From contig NMRA01000010.1 of NCBI GenBank assembly GCA_002633005.1, positions 1,739,232-1,803,231 on the forward strand: a stretch of 64,000 bases of DNA, given 5' to 3'. This DNA is from Phoronis australis (Eukaryota; Animalia; Phoronida). The translations under genes were made by a program, and so were the position numbers. Under the pieces are notes generated by a model. The model saw only the letters and a program-made list of their open reading frames with translations. It made no database searches and was not told the origin of the DNA. This document shows positions 51,517-64,000 of the stretch, in pieces; position 1 is the stretch's first letter; the number at the start of each line of letters is the position of its first letter.

Positions 51517-51727
51517 TTCTTTTTTTTGTTTTTTCTATTATATTGCTTTTCGTTAATTTATAACTTATTTTTTAGTTATAATCACATGCAGTTTTGTTGC
51601 TATGCTCTGTATTAATTTCAAATCATTCACGGCGCACCTAGAACCATCTGTACTGTGTGTTTCTTCATATTTTTCGTATTATGGCTCTGAATATATTATC
51701 TCTGAACGAGTTTTTCCCTCTTCACAG

Positions 51728-52243
51728 TTACCAAATGCGAGAAGACGGCGATTTCTCCATCGTCGGCATAGGACGTTCGGGCTATGTCTATCTTGGGAAT
51801 TTCTTAAATGTCGCTACGGGTATTGAGCAAAAAGCTTGTATAAAAAACTACCTTTATGACAACACGGAAGCAGCTGCTGAGGTGGAATACCAATGTCTAC
51901 AGGTCCTTGCTCGCTACAGGTGCGTCTCCAAACCCTTTGGGATGTTTCTGACACCAACGGTAGACGAGGAAGATACTCCGACAGTCGGAATTGTTATGGA
52001 ATTCATAGAAGGCTCTACACTCGCAGATTACATAGACGACCGTCTTAAAAACGCTGATGAGGTGGCGATCCCGATCCCCGAAATTGTGAACGTGTTACTG
52101 CAAGCCGCTAAAGCAGTCCATTGTGTCCACAAGCGAGACATACTGATCAATGATTTCCACACCGAGAATGTGATGGTGGAACGAAAAACCAAAAACGTGA
52201 AACTGATTGATTTTGGTCATGCAACCATTAAGAAAGGCTATTG
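51728..52243 (+). CDS. Protein kinase catalytic domain, subdomains I-VII
   Basis: Acceptor cctcttcacag; GIGRSGYV, ACIK, EVEYQCL, IVMEFIEG, ILINDFHTENVMV, LIDFG; donor TG|GTTAGT. Confidence 0.9.
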
Positions 52244-52403
52244 GTTAGTATTTTTTTTAATTTAAAGTGGCATCAAATTCGTGCTTTTTGTCAAAAACTA
52301 AGATTATATTTAGGCCACGTAACATTATGATATTGGTTTGAAATTGTTCATTGGTCACAGGTGATTTCTGGTCTTCGAAATGACTGGACGTGTGTTATTG
52401 CTT

Positions 52404-52514
52404 GTGACCAAGCTCATAAATGTTCGGGGCACTCTGAGACCTGAATATGTTCTAAGATTGGTGTGACCAAGATCATAAATGTTCAGGGCACTCTGTGGCC
52501 TGAATATGTTCTAA
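52404..52514. repeat. Intronic roughly 60-bp tandem duplication
   Basis: gtgaccaag(c/a)tcataaatgttc(g/a)gggcactctg...cctgaatatgttctaag occurs twice. Confidence 0.75.
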
Positions 52515-53309
52515 GTGGAGACGGATGAAATTATGGTTTGTCAGTTTTACTCTAGCCCAACGATCACTTCTAAACTGAGCGAGGACCTAAGTAAGTTTTT
52601 AAAAAAGCTAAAAAAGCTCGTTTTATATGGGCAATTGTTTTAAATCAAAATTTGTTTTTGGCAGAAATTACGGCTTTAATGCTGTCTTAAAGAGCCATCG
52701 ATCTTTCGAAATATTGCCCGTCATTTGACGTCGTAACGGAAATCGCGATCGTGGCATAGCCTGATTAATCTATGTGGCTATTTTGAAAACATGTGACGTG
52801 TTGTTGACCTTTACTTGCAAGACTGAAACTCGATTATTTTTCAATTGATCATTTCCTCATTTAGGCAACAAGCATTAAAGAAATCAAAATTGGGAGCTTG
52901 TACAAGTATTACATTTGCAGCACTCAGTTACACCCGACCATTGGGAAGTTTTTGTACCTTGAAAAATGTTTGTGATTGACAATTTCTAAAGGACCATTTA
53001 CTGTTGGGTCTCACTTTGCTGTCTCGTGTTCTAATTAGAGATACATCTTGGGCTTTGGAATCACACTGGCTTGCTACGGCAGATTATTATGTACGCTGTG
53101 CGTAGCTTTAACTAATAGTACCAGTTCTCTCTGTCAACTCTAGAGGTCGCTTGAACACTGACCGGTGAGTGGTCCAAAGCAAAAATTACTATCTCTGACA
53201 AAACGCTTTTAAACAACTTTTTAGACAATTTGTTACTATAAGATTTCTCGGATCTGTCGTTAATAGTGGTTTTCGCGTAGTCTCTACTGAGAGTTGTCTT
53301 TTCATTCAG

Positions 53310-53598
53310 CTACGGTGTCATTGCTCGCCGAAAGTGGAGTCACCTGGCGCCAGAGGTGCAAGATGGAGAAATTACCTCGGTACGGACGGACATCTACTCG
53401 TTCGGCACAGCCATTGTAGCTATTTGCCGCGCCGTACGGAAGCGAATGCCAGCCATTTACATGAACACCGTCAATGAGCTTTTAGGTTTTGGTCAACAAT
53501 GCCGATCTCACGATGTTAACAATCGACCGAGAACTATGCTGCCTGTCATAAAGAAGATTAAGAAACTTGCAAAGACCATTGAAGTGGATGGCGGTTAA
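53310..53598 (+). CDS. Protein kinase, last exon (subdomains VIII-XI)
   Basis: Acceptor ttttcattcag, phase 2; HLAPE, TDIYSFG, C...NRP; TAA at 53596-53598. Confidence 0.88.
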
Positions 53599-53707
53599 TG
53601 GCCACCGCGAGGTAGGCAACGGCGACTATGAATCTAATCCGTAACTTAATGAGAATATGGATTCTTTTAAATTCTGATATTTTCAATGTTTATGGTAATA
53701 TGAGTTG

Positions 53708-53713
53708 AATAAA
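53708..53713 (+). promoter_or_regulatory. Candidate polyadenylation signal of the kinase gene
   Basis: AATAAA 110 nt after the stop codon, followed by a T-rich tract. Confidence 0.4.
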
Positions 53714-53802
53714 ATTTAATTCTTTGCTAAGTTTTTTTTTTATTCGCCAATATTGCGTATTTCGAAGTAGAACCTTTTTCAATGATTGTAACGCAGTAGG
53801 CG

Positions 53803-53833
53803 TCATCGTCATCATCATCATCATCATCGTCGT
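53803..53833. repeat. (CAT/CGT)n microsatellite
   Basis: tcatcgtcatcatcatcatcatcatcgtcgtc. Confidence 0.7.
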
Positions 53834-54338
53834 CACCACCCCACCACTTCAGAGTCGCCCACGTGATGAAAGAGCAAGTCAGTAACGCCACAGTCGATTG
53901 TTCACAGCTATTTGCTTTTTACTGAAGATTTTGATAATGCTGTGATGGCAGACGTTGTCAACAAAAAATAAAACGAGAGATTGACTCTACACTGACTAGG
54001 ATTGGTAGGTAAACTGCAAAGAGACAGAACAAAAATACTGAATAGAATTCCGGTGCATTACTGGTAAAAACACACAAGTAACTCAATTATGTTCACCAGT
54101 AAGACTGTTGAGAATATTATGCAATAAACATGAAAGACTATTTTCTATACTTTATCACGGCAGTAAATAATCTTTATGCAAAGGTAAACTTATGTTGAAA
54201 TGAATCCTATAAAAGATATGTTGAGGTCCGAAGCGCGACTAAACATCTCAACAGGCGTGATTATTTCCTCCCACATAGTTAACCTATCAATACACGCCAT
54301 CTTACGGTTTTACGAGAAACTACTACTCTGACGATCAG

Positions 54339-54371
54339 CACACACGCACACACACACACACACACCCACAC
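54339..54371. repeat. (CA)n microsatellite
   Basis: Read directly. Confidence 0.85.
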
Positions 54372-54744
54372 CTTTTTAAAATGGACAATAAGTATAAGGG
54401 TGACAAGAAAAAGTAATTACTTATTTACATCGTGGTCCATCCTATATAGTAAGTTTAATATTAGAAAAAAGTTGGATATTAAATAGAAACATAAATAAAT
54501 ACATACACTGAAAAGTATAGACAGCAAATATTTATGAAGATTCGCCTTTTTTCTTGCGTAACATGCTCATCACTAAGAGGTTTCCACGGATACACGCGAC
54601 ACCACCCAATTTACCGCGGAAACTAACAAGTTGTATCGAGGTCTCGTGATACTCTTGACGGTGAAATACAGGGATTTCGCACGTATTAATTCATTCTATG
54701 ACAGCGATAACTAACTGGTTTTTAACAGAAACAACGTAAACGCC

Positions 54745-55725
54745 ATGAACACGACCAACTTTTCAACACAACCCTGGTATACGAAAGCCGATCTACCAGA
54801 AGCTGCTTTGTACGCGTTCGCCGTATTGGAAATCATTATTGCAGCGATAACGTGTTTTGGAAACGGACTGATTTGTTTTCTTTTTTTCAAATACCATGCA
54901 GTCCGTGACGAAAACATTTGTATTTTTATATACGCCTTGGCTCAGAACGACGCTTTCACCGGGTTATCTGTTTTACTGAGCGCTTTCAGGAAATACCTGA
55001 TACCTTTGCACTGGAACTCACTACCGATGACCGAAATATCAACCGTATGGGCTTGCAGAGTTTTTATGTTTTTTACTCTTTACCCCGTCGCCGTAACTAA
55101 TTATGTTTTGTCTTCAATTGCAATCGACCGCTTCATCTCCATTCGACTTCCGCTAAGACACGAAGGTATTATGACAAGAAAAGTTTACATTCGCATGGTC
55201 GTCGGTGCCTTTGTGTTCCCGCTGGGTGTCCTGATATGTAGCCTGCTTGCTCCATCTGTTGACAAAATTGACGTCGTGCATAACGCCTGTTTGGTTGAAA
55301 CCATCCTACCGAGGAATATGTGGAGAAATATTTATGCTCTGTTGGCTGCCTACATTCCGACGGTGATCATAGTCTTAATGCACAGCTACGTTGCTATTCT
55401 TGCATACAAGAAACGCAGACAAATCAACGACGAGTCGCAGGTGAATCAACAGAGGCAAAAAAGAGAATTCAAGATAACAAAGGCTATGCTTCAGTTAGTC
55501 CTGTTCTTCATCATTTGTGTCGTGCCGTCAACATTATCTAAAACCGCACTGCCCCCATCTGTTGAAAACGAACCATTGTGGCTTGCCGTTACCAGATATA
55601 TTGTCGTTGACATATTGTATTTAAACTCAGCGATGAATCCTTTTATTTACGCTCTTAAGGTAGACGTAATCCGTAAGACCTTACAAAAACTTTTTTTGGG
55701 ATTGATTAGTGGAAATTCTCAGTAA
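54745..55725 (+). CDS. Intronless rhodopsin-family (class A) GPCR, 326 aa, orphan
   Basis: Seven hydrophobic segments; TM1 GN, TM2 LAQND, TM3 IAIDRF with upstream Cys, ECL2 Cys, TM6 FxxCxxP, TM7 NPFIY; N-glycosylation sequons NTT and NFS; AATAAA at 55738. Confidence 0.95.
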   Translation: MNTTNFSTQPWYTKADLPEAALYAFAVLEIIIAAITCFGNGLICFLFFKYHAVRDENICIFIYALAQNDAFTGLSVLLSAFRKYLIPLHWNSLPMTEISTVWACRVFMFFTLYPVAVTNYVLSSIAIDRFISIRLPLRHEGIMTRKVYIRMVVGAFVFPLGVLICSLLAPSVDKIDVVHNACLVETILPRNMWRNIYALLAAYIPTVIIVLMHSYVAILAYKKRRQINDESQVNQQRQKREFKITKAMLQLVLFFIICVVPSTLSKTALPPSVENEPLWLAVTRYIVVDILYLNSAMNPFIYALKVDVIRKTLQKLFLGLISGNSQ

Positions 55726-56185
55726 TACAGCCATAACAATAAATATACCTTGGTAATTCGTTAGAAAACTCTATGGCTTGTTCAAAATCTGACCAAAAGG
55801 TAACTGTATCGTTAGAACTTACCACGGGAAACTAGGTCGTAAGCTAGTCGCACAGATATCGAGAGATATGCGTATCCATTCTTCACTTGGTGTTTCTTTC
55901 CTGTAGTAAAGATAATGTCAAGCATTTATCGGTAACGGACTGATGTGCGCCCAAGGTACGATATCCATGCGACTTGTATTGTTATGTCTAACAAAGACAC
56001 CACAAAGGAAAACAACGGAAGTGTACCATAGGTTTACTCCCGTCGCATGGTTATTGCAACTTATACAATATCTTACGTCCTCCATACGACGTCATTTCGC
56101 ACGGGTAATGTCATCATTCCATGAATTCTACGGCGATCAGCAAAACTTCTTTCCGCTTATCTAATTAATTCCAGTTCCACTAGAA

Positions 56186-56220
56186 TTGTTGTTGTTGCTG
56201 CTGCTGTTGTTGTTGTTATT

Positions 56221-56286
<66 letters not shown>
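56186..56286. repeat. (TTG)n microsatellite, about 33 units
   Basis: Read directly. Confidence 0.95.
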
Positions 56287-58653
56287 AATTGCTGTGGATG
56301 ATGTTGTAATGACTAGCTTAGTGTATGTTAAAGCTGTTCGTAATATCGGCCATCAGATGACTCAACAGGGTAAAAATCCCATTGTGCTTCTACCTAATTC
56401 TTCTCCTTTGCACCAAGACTAGAAAAAACACTTTTCGAAGTGACTCTTGTAGTTTATTGTAAGATCTTAGTTAAATAACCATACGTTTCCTCTGCGCACA
56501 TCGACGTGGCGCGCTTGTGTATTTGTTACATTGTAAATAAACGGCATGGTCATGTCACCCAATTATTGGTAGAAAACACTAATTTGAGTCATACTTTTGG
56601 TAGATATTTGACCAAGTGCAAGGAAATATTAATACGACCTTAGTCTCATTACTTGTATGGAATACTGAGAGGAATTTCAGTTAAGCGCGGGCTGTATGGG
56701 TGTGTCAAACCACTGACTAGTATACATAAATATAGACTGTCTATTTGTATTCTTGTTAGAAATTTTAAAGAACAATTGTACATGTATTACTTGTCGTTAT
56801 AATAATAATGATGATGATTATGATATTTACCAATGATTTGCCTGGGACATTACGACTTTGTACTTGTGTAGGGAGGGTGACCCATTGTCGTTATTTTGTA
56901 AGCTATTAACTGTTGGGTGACAACGGCAAATTTTGGATTTTACCGTGCTCGTTTGATTTGCCTTTTTTGTTCGGGGAAAAAGTCACAATAAAAACGGGTT
57001 ACAGAATTTGGCACCAATACTCACGATGGCCCATATTTGGTTCGTCAAAGAATGGCACTTGCAGCTAAAAGATACAAATTTCCAACAGGGGAGATAACGT
57101 TCAGACTTCCTTTCCCTCCAGCTGAAAGTGGCAAGATGTTGCGAATTGTGAAACCTGTATTTGAAGTTGAAACGTTAATTGTAGAAATCTTGTCTCTTAA
57201 ATATTTAGAACAACATTTTGCCTCCCGCCTCAGGCGTTTTTATGATTTGACCTCAGTCTTGAGAGAAATGGGGCTAATTTTGGAGTTGAGGAGATTTCGT
57301 TTTTTGCTCAGATGTCACCAAAAAATTCAATAGAAACTCAGTATAAGTTTATTTACATCATTTTCCGGAATTTAATCTATTTTAACAAATCAACTGGCAA
57401 CGTTTGAGGTTAGACTAAAAAGCATAGTTTTTTCTGGTATTTGATATATTTCACAACTGAATTGGCTGTGCGGTATTATCTTTAGATGCTCACTTTTTAA
57501 AAAAAAGAATCCCTAACGAAGACGAGCAAAATGACGCGGGGTTTGCTTTGCACTCATTGCTTGGCAAGTCACGAGGTTTTCAAACTTTTGTTAACCTTGT
57601 TTATGTGTTTTTGTGCCTGTAAAAAAATCAAAGCGCTATGAAGAGCGACACTTGGTGAAATCGAAAAAATGTAAAGGTGAGGTTGACAACGAAACCAAGA
57701 ACACCAGCAACCGCGAATCAAACGCTCTTTACACCAACGTACAGTCATCAAATCAGAAAAAATCGAGTAACTGGAGAACGATAGGTATTTCCAAGAAACC
57801 AGATAGTCGTTACAGATACGTGTAGCCCGTGAGAAGATCTATTTGCATATCGAATTTGAAAAGGATCGGTTGAAGGATCGCGCGGCAAGAGCCCCGAAAA
57901 CAAAAATAAAAGTGGCCGTTACAGGACCACCTTGCAACCGATTTCACTCAAAAGAGTTCTTGAGTTAGATACTAGATAAACACTGTACGTAAATTTCACT
58001 TCGATTAGAGAAACAAATGTGATGTGCACATGGGCCGTCAAAGTGGATCGAGAGATACAAGTCTATAAAAGAACAGTCGTTCAACAGTAAATCTCAAGTA
58101 TCTAGTGAATGGTAAGTCGTACCGAGAAACGACTTCCACAATGCTGATGGCACTTGAAACGATCCATCCACGTACCAAATTTCCGACGGGTCCATCAAGG
58201 GTCGCCGAGGATACATGACAAAAACCAATGAATTGGAGAGCAGTCATCGGAAATCACCAATAACTAGCGAACGGTAAGTCTTGAAGCACATTTCCGATAG
58301 CCCGTGGTGTGATCTAGCCAGAGAAAAAAATCAGAAAATCCTTCCAGAGACAGTAGAGCTATGGTTATACCAAAATAGTGAATAAGAGCCGCCACAACGC
58401 ACCCCATCTTGTTTCTGACAATAGGTTCGAGCCATTCACAAGAGACATGATGTGATTTGATGTGACCTGTAGCTTGCGAACAAATAAGCAAACAAAAATC
58501 AATCGACTTTATGAGAAAGACCTTATTCACACAGTCACCATTTCAAAAATGAGCCTCCTTTTATGTTTAAAAAATTGCATTTGACTCATAAATATTAACA
58601 AAGGCATGCGAAAAATGATGTTTTGCAATGTGATTAAGTGCGGAATGCAGTGG

Positions 58654-58727
58654 TTTTAAGTTTTATCTTAAAATTGACTAAAATTTAAGATTTGTCTTAG
58701 CTAAGTCAGTTTTTTGGAAGGGGTCCC
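58654..58727 (-). mobile_element. Terminal fragment of the MITE family at 10326
   Basis: Reverse complement aaactgacttagctaagacaaatcttaaattttagtcaattttaagataaaacttaa matches roughly 10338-10395. Confidence 0.6.
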
Positions 58728-59909
58728 CGAATGCCAGCCAATGACCCCAGTGAATGCTTCAGTCCATTAGTACACCGGAAGCTCAAAAAAGCAAATGGCG
58801 GAGTGACAAGCGGAAAGTAAAATGTCGAATCGAGTGAATAAGTTCTTTGAAGGGGTTTCGTGCAGTTATATTCGCGGTATCAATTTTGGAGATAAAGGTA
58901 TTCACGCGATCTCAATTTTGAGGTGTGCTGGTTTATATTTGATGTGCAATTCACGTGTTAGATAGATGTATGGCACTTGATTCTAAGCTTTCACAGTGTG
59001 GACATTTACAATTTGCATGTAAGGGTTGGTTAGTTACCGACTATACAATTTCACTTCTCCAAGTAAAAGACACAAAACCTTGGCTAAAATTGATGCGGGT
59101 GGACGTTGTTTTAGTTGCTGAGTACAGGTCTCGAAACGGGTTGAATTAAATGTCAGAACCAGCTTTGCTTTTTTGGCTTTACCTGCACTTCACAACACAG
59201 CAGAACAGTGTGGTTTAACTTTCGTGTTGGACATTTAAAAACTGTGCCCGCGAAAGCAGTGTACCGTTTGTTAGTTATAGAAAATGTCAATGGGAAGTCC
59301 GATCAGAGGGCAGATCGGATGTCTGATCAGCGGTTTGAAATGTCATAAATAAATTATGTTAATGCAAGTCACGTGCCTAGTTTGCCGACTTGTCATCCGT
59401 CCATCAAATCAGAGTCAGAAGGCAGACCCATGTATGTACTCTTACCGTGAGATGGCTATATTTATTACTCAAATGATGTGTTCGCTCATGCTGAGCGCCT
59501 CTGATTGTCATTGCGCACATTAACGCTATACTAATTACTCCGCTTTCTCATTATAATTCAACATCTGAACGCGGTAATTATCTCTTGATTTCAGTGTAAG
59601 GTTGTACACAACAATTTACATTTTTGTTACCTCTTCATTTGAGTTATTGTCTCTTCATTTACCATAATTTCTCCTATGAATTGTTTACATTAAACATACT
59701 CGTGATGAAGTTATGATCACGAATTACATACAAATCTATTGACTGGTGTCCGGAAATGACATTTAACGTATTTCAGACTGTTGCGCTTTGAGTTTTCTGG
59801 CTACAGCATTTCAACATTTGTTTACTTTTTATATTATTGATGGCTATGAGGTGTGAAGAAATTACCAGGATGTGACAGCTGTTTTGGCCCATTTAACGTG
59901 TTTTCGAAT

Positions 59910-61250
59910 GTTATTTTTATAATGTTTATTACGAAATCTTCAGAATACAATGAATATACATAACCCAGAAAGCGCCAAGAGGCATTAGATCTGGGTTAAA
60001 AATACAAAGAAGCCTATATACAATTATTATACACCAATACATAAATTAAAAAATGATGTTAAGGTTACAGTGATATATCATTACGAATGTAAATAATTCA
60101 TTTTCATACACAAGTATACAATTTTATCGACTCACACAAAGAGATTTAATGTTATAAAGAAATTCTGATACTTTTTCAAATAAAACCTTACTTTCATTTG
60201 GGTTGAGTTCTTGACATCCATATAGAAAAAAATTAATTTTGTTGTACAATTGTGAAATTTTAGAATATTTTTGTAGACATTTGGGTATTGATCGAGTGTC
60301 TGGAAAAGCTGTACCCTCTGCTCCTTGCATACGTCACAAGCAAAGAAAATAGAGGCGAAATATTATTAAAATTATTTCCAAATTTCTCGTTGTTAAGGAA
60401 TAGACTGCATCTTGATCTGTATAGGGTTATTTCATGGTTGCGAGGAAGTTGAAATGATGTCAATGGGAGTGGTAAGTCTTGAGAAGTGATATGCTTCTTA
60501 AAGTTATTTTTGAGAGTGACGATTGAAGTGCTTTCTTTTATTTTGGGTGGTAAGGGATTCCAGTTGTCAATACAAGTTAATATCGTTGATCTCCTGAAGG
60601 CTTGGCTGATGGAAGATGGAATAGTGTGCATATTACTTTGTCGCAGTTCTGGTCTCATGCTTGGTCTTTTGTAGGAGTCAAAGAGGATTTTGTTAGAGTA
60701 ATTGTTTATGTTGGTTAAGACTTTGAATGTATACATGGACATGTGGAGTTTACGACGGGTTGCTAGTTTGCTCCAGTTGAGATTATTTAGAACCTTGGTT
60801 GTGTTGGACCCTTTGTATGCCCCTGTTATGGCTAAAGCTGCTTGGTATTGTAGTCTTTCGAATTGAAGAAGTATGCCAGCGTTTGCCGATTGGTAGATTA
60901 TGTCACAGTAATCTATATGTGAAAGCACAAAAGACTTGAACTGAGTTTCAAGATGCATGGAGTTGAGGTGACGAGAGATAATTCTAATTGGATTAATTAA
61001 TTTTTGTACTTTGTGAACGAGTTCGCGACAATGAGGAGTAAATGTAAACTTATGGTCGAGTAGCAAGCCAAGATGTTTGTGCGTGAACTTATTGGGAATA
61101 ACTTCTCCATTGAGTGATAATTACAGCGTTGGATTTGTTTGGAAATGAGTATTATTAGACTTAGAAAATATAAGATCAACACTTTTTTCAGGTTTAAATT
61201 TCATCTTTCATTTGTAAGACCAGTCATAGAGTTTGTTAAGGTCACTTTGT
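59910..61250 (-). mobile_element. 5'-truncated CR1/L2-type LINE (RT C-terminus, 3' UTR with stem-loop)
   Basis: DLNKLYDWS...FKPEK, HKHLGLLLDHKFTF, SHIDYCDIIY, LERLQ-like FERLQYQAALAITGA, LNWSKLATRRK; 3' hairpin taacccaga...tctgggtta at 59961-59998 and AATAAA on minus at 59925-59930. Confidence 0.85.
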
Positions 61251-63073
61251 TTTCGAATGTTATTTAAAAGCGACTGTTGTTTGCAATCTAAGGGTTATGA
61301 TTTAACGTTGAAGTTTTATCTACAAAATAACACCAATTCAATTTGGAGCCCAACGATCGCATGTTAGTGGCGCTGAGGTGCATTGAATGTGAAGATATCG
61401 TAACCCATTCACTTTCCAAAGCATCGGCTTCTTATGTCTTCCATTAGGAGCCACTAATGTGAACAAAATGTAATGTTAGAAATTATGGTTCTCTCAGGCC
61501 ATATCTTCATCGAACCCGAAATTCATACATCGCAGTTGCACCGAAGTATTGGAGACAGCAAAATGATATTTTATCAGCAAATAACCATTCATAGAGCATA
61601 AATAATTTATACTGTCACTTTATATTCTACTTCAGTTTGTGAAAACAGTACCATGGTAGAATGAAGCGGGAAGTGTGGCTTAAACAATAAAGATTGTCCT
61701 CCGCACAGCTGACACTGGTCTTTGTTTTAAGGTATGGGTGTCGGTGGGGTACGGATGGGGGGGACTAAAATGACCTAGTATGAAATTTGAAATCTTTTAT
61801 TAAAAATCCCACTGTACGGTCAATTTCCAAACTGTGAAAGGTCTACAGTGAAGCTAGGTGACGGCCAAAGCAAGCACTAGGGGGGCGCGTGCAATACGTA
61901 ACCTGACTCGGGACGGCAAAACATGAAGTGCACGGGAATGGCAGAAAGGCTGGGGGAAAAGCGGCATCAACCGGGAGATTTGCCTCCCGTCAAAGTAAAC
62001 CTTTTCATGCTTATACGTTGGTGATGAGAAGTTTTTCGTCACGATGGCTGACGGCCGGCGTGTCCGTCTCGTTATTGGAACCGTCGAACGGCGTCAATTC
62101 GCCGAGCGAGCGGGCGACCTGGCGGTGGTCTCGTACGTAAGATAATGAAAGTGTTTAGTCATATCGGTGACCAAATCGTGATTCAGATGGTCACCGTTGA
62201 CAATATTACGATATGAATTGTCGCTATGGAGACAAATGGCCACCTGAGGGACAAGTTATGTCGTTACGTAGTTGTAACATAAATTGTCGCCTCCTCAATT
62301 TGGCGATGGTATGTGGAAGTGGTTTCACGTGGCAGTCAGTGTTGCGAGAACGTCTTGGAGATTTTGAACTACATTTACAGGATGTCGACTAATTGTCAAA
62401 ATACATCAAGAGTTCAAACTCTTTAGAGACACCAGTAGTCTGAACTGCTTGCCTTGTGGAATAAAAATGTGAACATCATTAACAGCATGGTCGTCGCCGG
62501 GGTACCTGGAATTTCCGAGAATAGGCCCATGGGCGGGTATTCAGAACACGACTTTTCAAAAACATCAACGTCAAAAGGGAAGGGGAGGAGGTATTTTCGG
62601 AAACTGTGCCATTTTAGGAGGCAGTTTTAAATCAAATAATTATCATTAGTTATTTATTATTTTCAATGTATGCAAAATTAAACAGTCCTGCTATAAAGAA
62701 GTGTGGTCTTTTAAATGACTGTTAGTTTGCGCTGATAAAGAATATATTTCACTCAAAGCAATTGGTTGATTAACTGTCCTTCATACTTCGCTAATGCTGT
62801 TAGTTACCAACAAAGTCACCCAATATGTCGTCGAATGATAGTCATTTGAATGAAATCGTGATCCCAAAATGTAATGTCTTGCCCCCAAAATAAACAATTC
62901 TATTATCAAGACAGATTAAGTATTTTAGAACAACCAAGTCAGATTTCAAAAACATGGAAATAGGCCGGGATTCTAGAGGTAATTAGGGTATGAAATAGTA
63001 ACCAATATTCTTTGATACTACAGTGATCCATGAGTATTCCAATGCTAGAAAATGGCTATCTGGGAGGTATGCT

Positions 63074-63700
63074 CTGGTGGGTGTGGTCAGGGGAGCCACG
63101 AGAATGGCACTTAAAAATTGTGCTGGATCAACTTTTCTGGTAACCACTTAAAAATGCCTCCGACACTTTCAACTTAATTTACGGTATCACAATTATACAC
63201 TGCCAGACAATTTCAGTGGTGGGGCACATCAGCAAGACAGTTTCAACAGAGGTCAAAAATTAAGCTAGATCAACACGAAAGGTAACCACCTGAAACTGGT
63301 TATAAATTATTCAATATAGACCAATATATCATGAATGAACACTGTCAGACAAATTTAATGGTGGCCTAATCCTGCCAGACACGTTCAGACATCAGAGTTG
63401 AGGTAAAGATCAACCCACCAGCTGATGTCAGCTATACCTAATGTTCAGCTTCACTCCACAAGACACAACTGTTACATACCAGGCAATTTCAGTGGTGGGG
63501 TGTCTGCCAGGCAAAATATATTGGGGTGCCGCAAATGAGCTAAATCAACCCAAGATTCTTGGGTTGATTTAGCTCACTTGTGGCACCCCAATATATTTTA
63601 CCTTTCAGAGGTAACCCCGTGAAACTAGTTGCAAAATATTCAATCTAAATCCATGTGTAATGAACAAACTTCGTCAGACAAAGCCTATGGTAGGTTTCCC
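63074..63700. repeat. Degenerate tandem repeat of about 140 bp
   Basis: cagacaa(t/a)tt...tggtgg, agct/gatcaac and ggtaacc motifs recur near 63204, 63346, 63480 and 63675. Confidence 0.55.
63509..63603. repeat. 95-bp near-perfect palindrome (47-bp arms, 1-nt centre)
   Basis: aggcaaaatatattggggtgccgcaaatgagctaaatcaacccaaga-t-tcttgggttgatttagctcacttgtggcaccccaatatattttacct; three mismatches. Confidence 0.9.
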
Positions 63701-63742
63701 CCGCCAGACGTGTCCAAACCTCCGAGCTGAGTTGGACCAACC

Positions 63743-63808
63743 CTCCCCCTCTCCCTCTCCCCCTCCCTCTCCCTCTCCCTCTCCCCCTCCCCCTCCCTCT
63801 CTCTCTCC
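63743..63808. repeat. (CTCTCC)n polypyrimidine microsatellite
   Basis: Read directly. Confidence 0.85.
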
Positions 63809-64000
63809 AAGAAACCATTTACAGTCCTAGGAAGAATTTGTGTGGTTAAAACATTATTTATTTCCAAATTGACACATCTGTGCTTAAGTCTTCCATTCCC
63901 TAAAAAAGAATTTGTGCAAAAATTCGAACTTATGTTTCACAAACTTACTGTGTCAAAATTTCTCCAGAGGGGAGCAAATATGGTACACATTGATTCTTTC

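Noticed and set aside
56186-56422. Poly-leucine ORF
   Set aside because: Translation of a (TTG)n microsatellite with a non-ATG start.
61874-61889. CTCF-like motif (also gtcgctagatggcg near 32360)
   Set aside because: Imperfect match (one extra G); short motifs like this are common in repeats and are unsupported without ChIP data.
63685-63867. ER/EG-repeat ORF
   Set aside because: Translation of the (CTCTCC)n microsatellite.

Overview
AT-rich eukaryotic genomic DNA, probably from a marine invertebrate (inferred from spliceosomal introns, repeat types and gene content; the species cannot be read from the sequence). Host genes that can be reconstructed: a 5-coding-exon reeler-domain protein with signal peptide and GPI-like tail (minus, 25572-31078), a multi-exon non-RD protein kinase (plus, about 50-53.6 kb), an intronless class A GPCR (54745-55725) and a probable signal-peptide plus Ig-like exon (minus, 13264-13663). 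About 10.7 kb (roughly 35.9-46.6 kb) is a decaying tandem array of a roughly 1-kb unit, each carrying tRNA-Lys(CTT): two intact genes and about nine degenerate copies. Transposon-derived DNA is abundant: a degraded Tx1/L1-type LINE, a 5'-truncated CR1/L2-type LINE, a TTAA-flanked Kolobok derivative, an AT-flanked ISL2EU-like derivative, a Crypton-like palindromic element and several MITEs. The most unusual structure is an array of roughly 670-bp monomers inserted into the Tx1 ORF2. It starts and stops at exactly the same monomer position, has TA at every junction inside an inverted-repeat/8-bp-spacer motif, and is flanked by TACATGTA/TACGTGTA. No CRISPR array or prokaryote-like system was seen. 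Family assignments come from motif recognition by eye, not from database searches.
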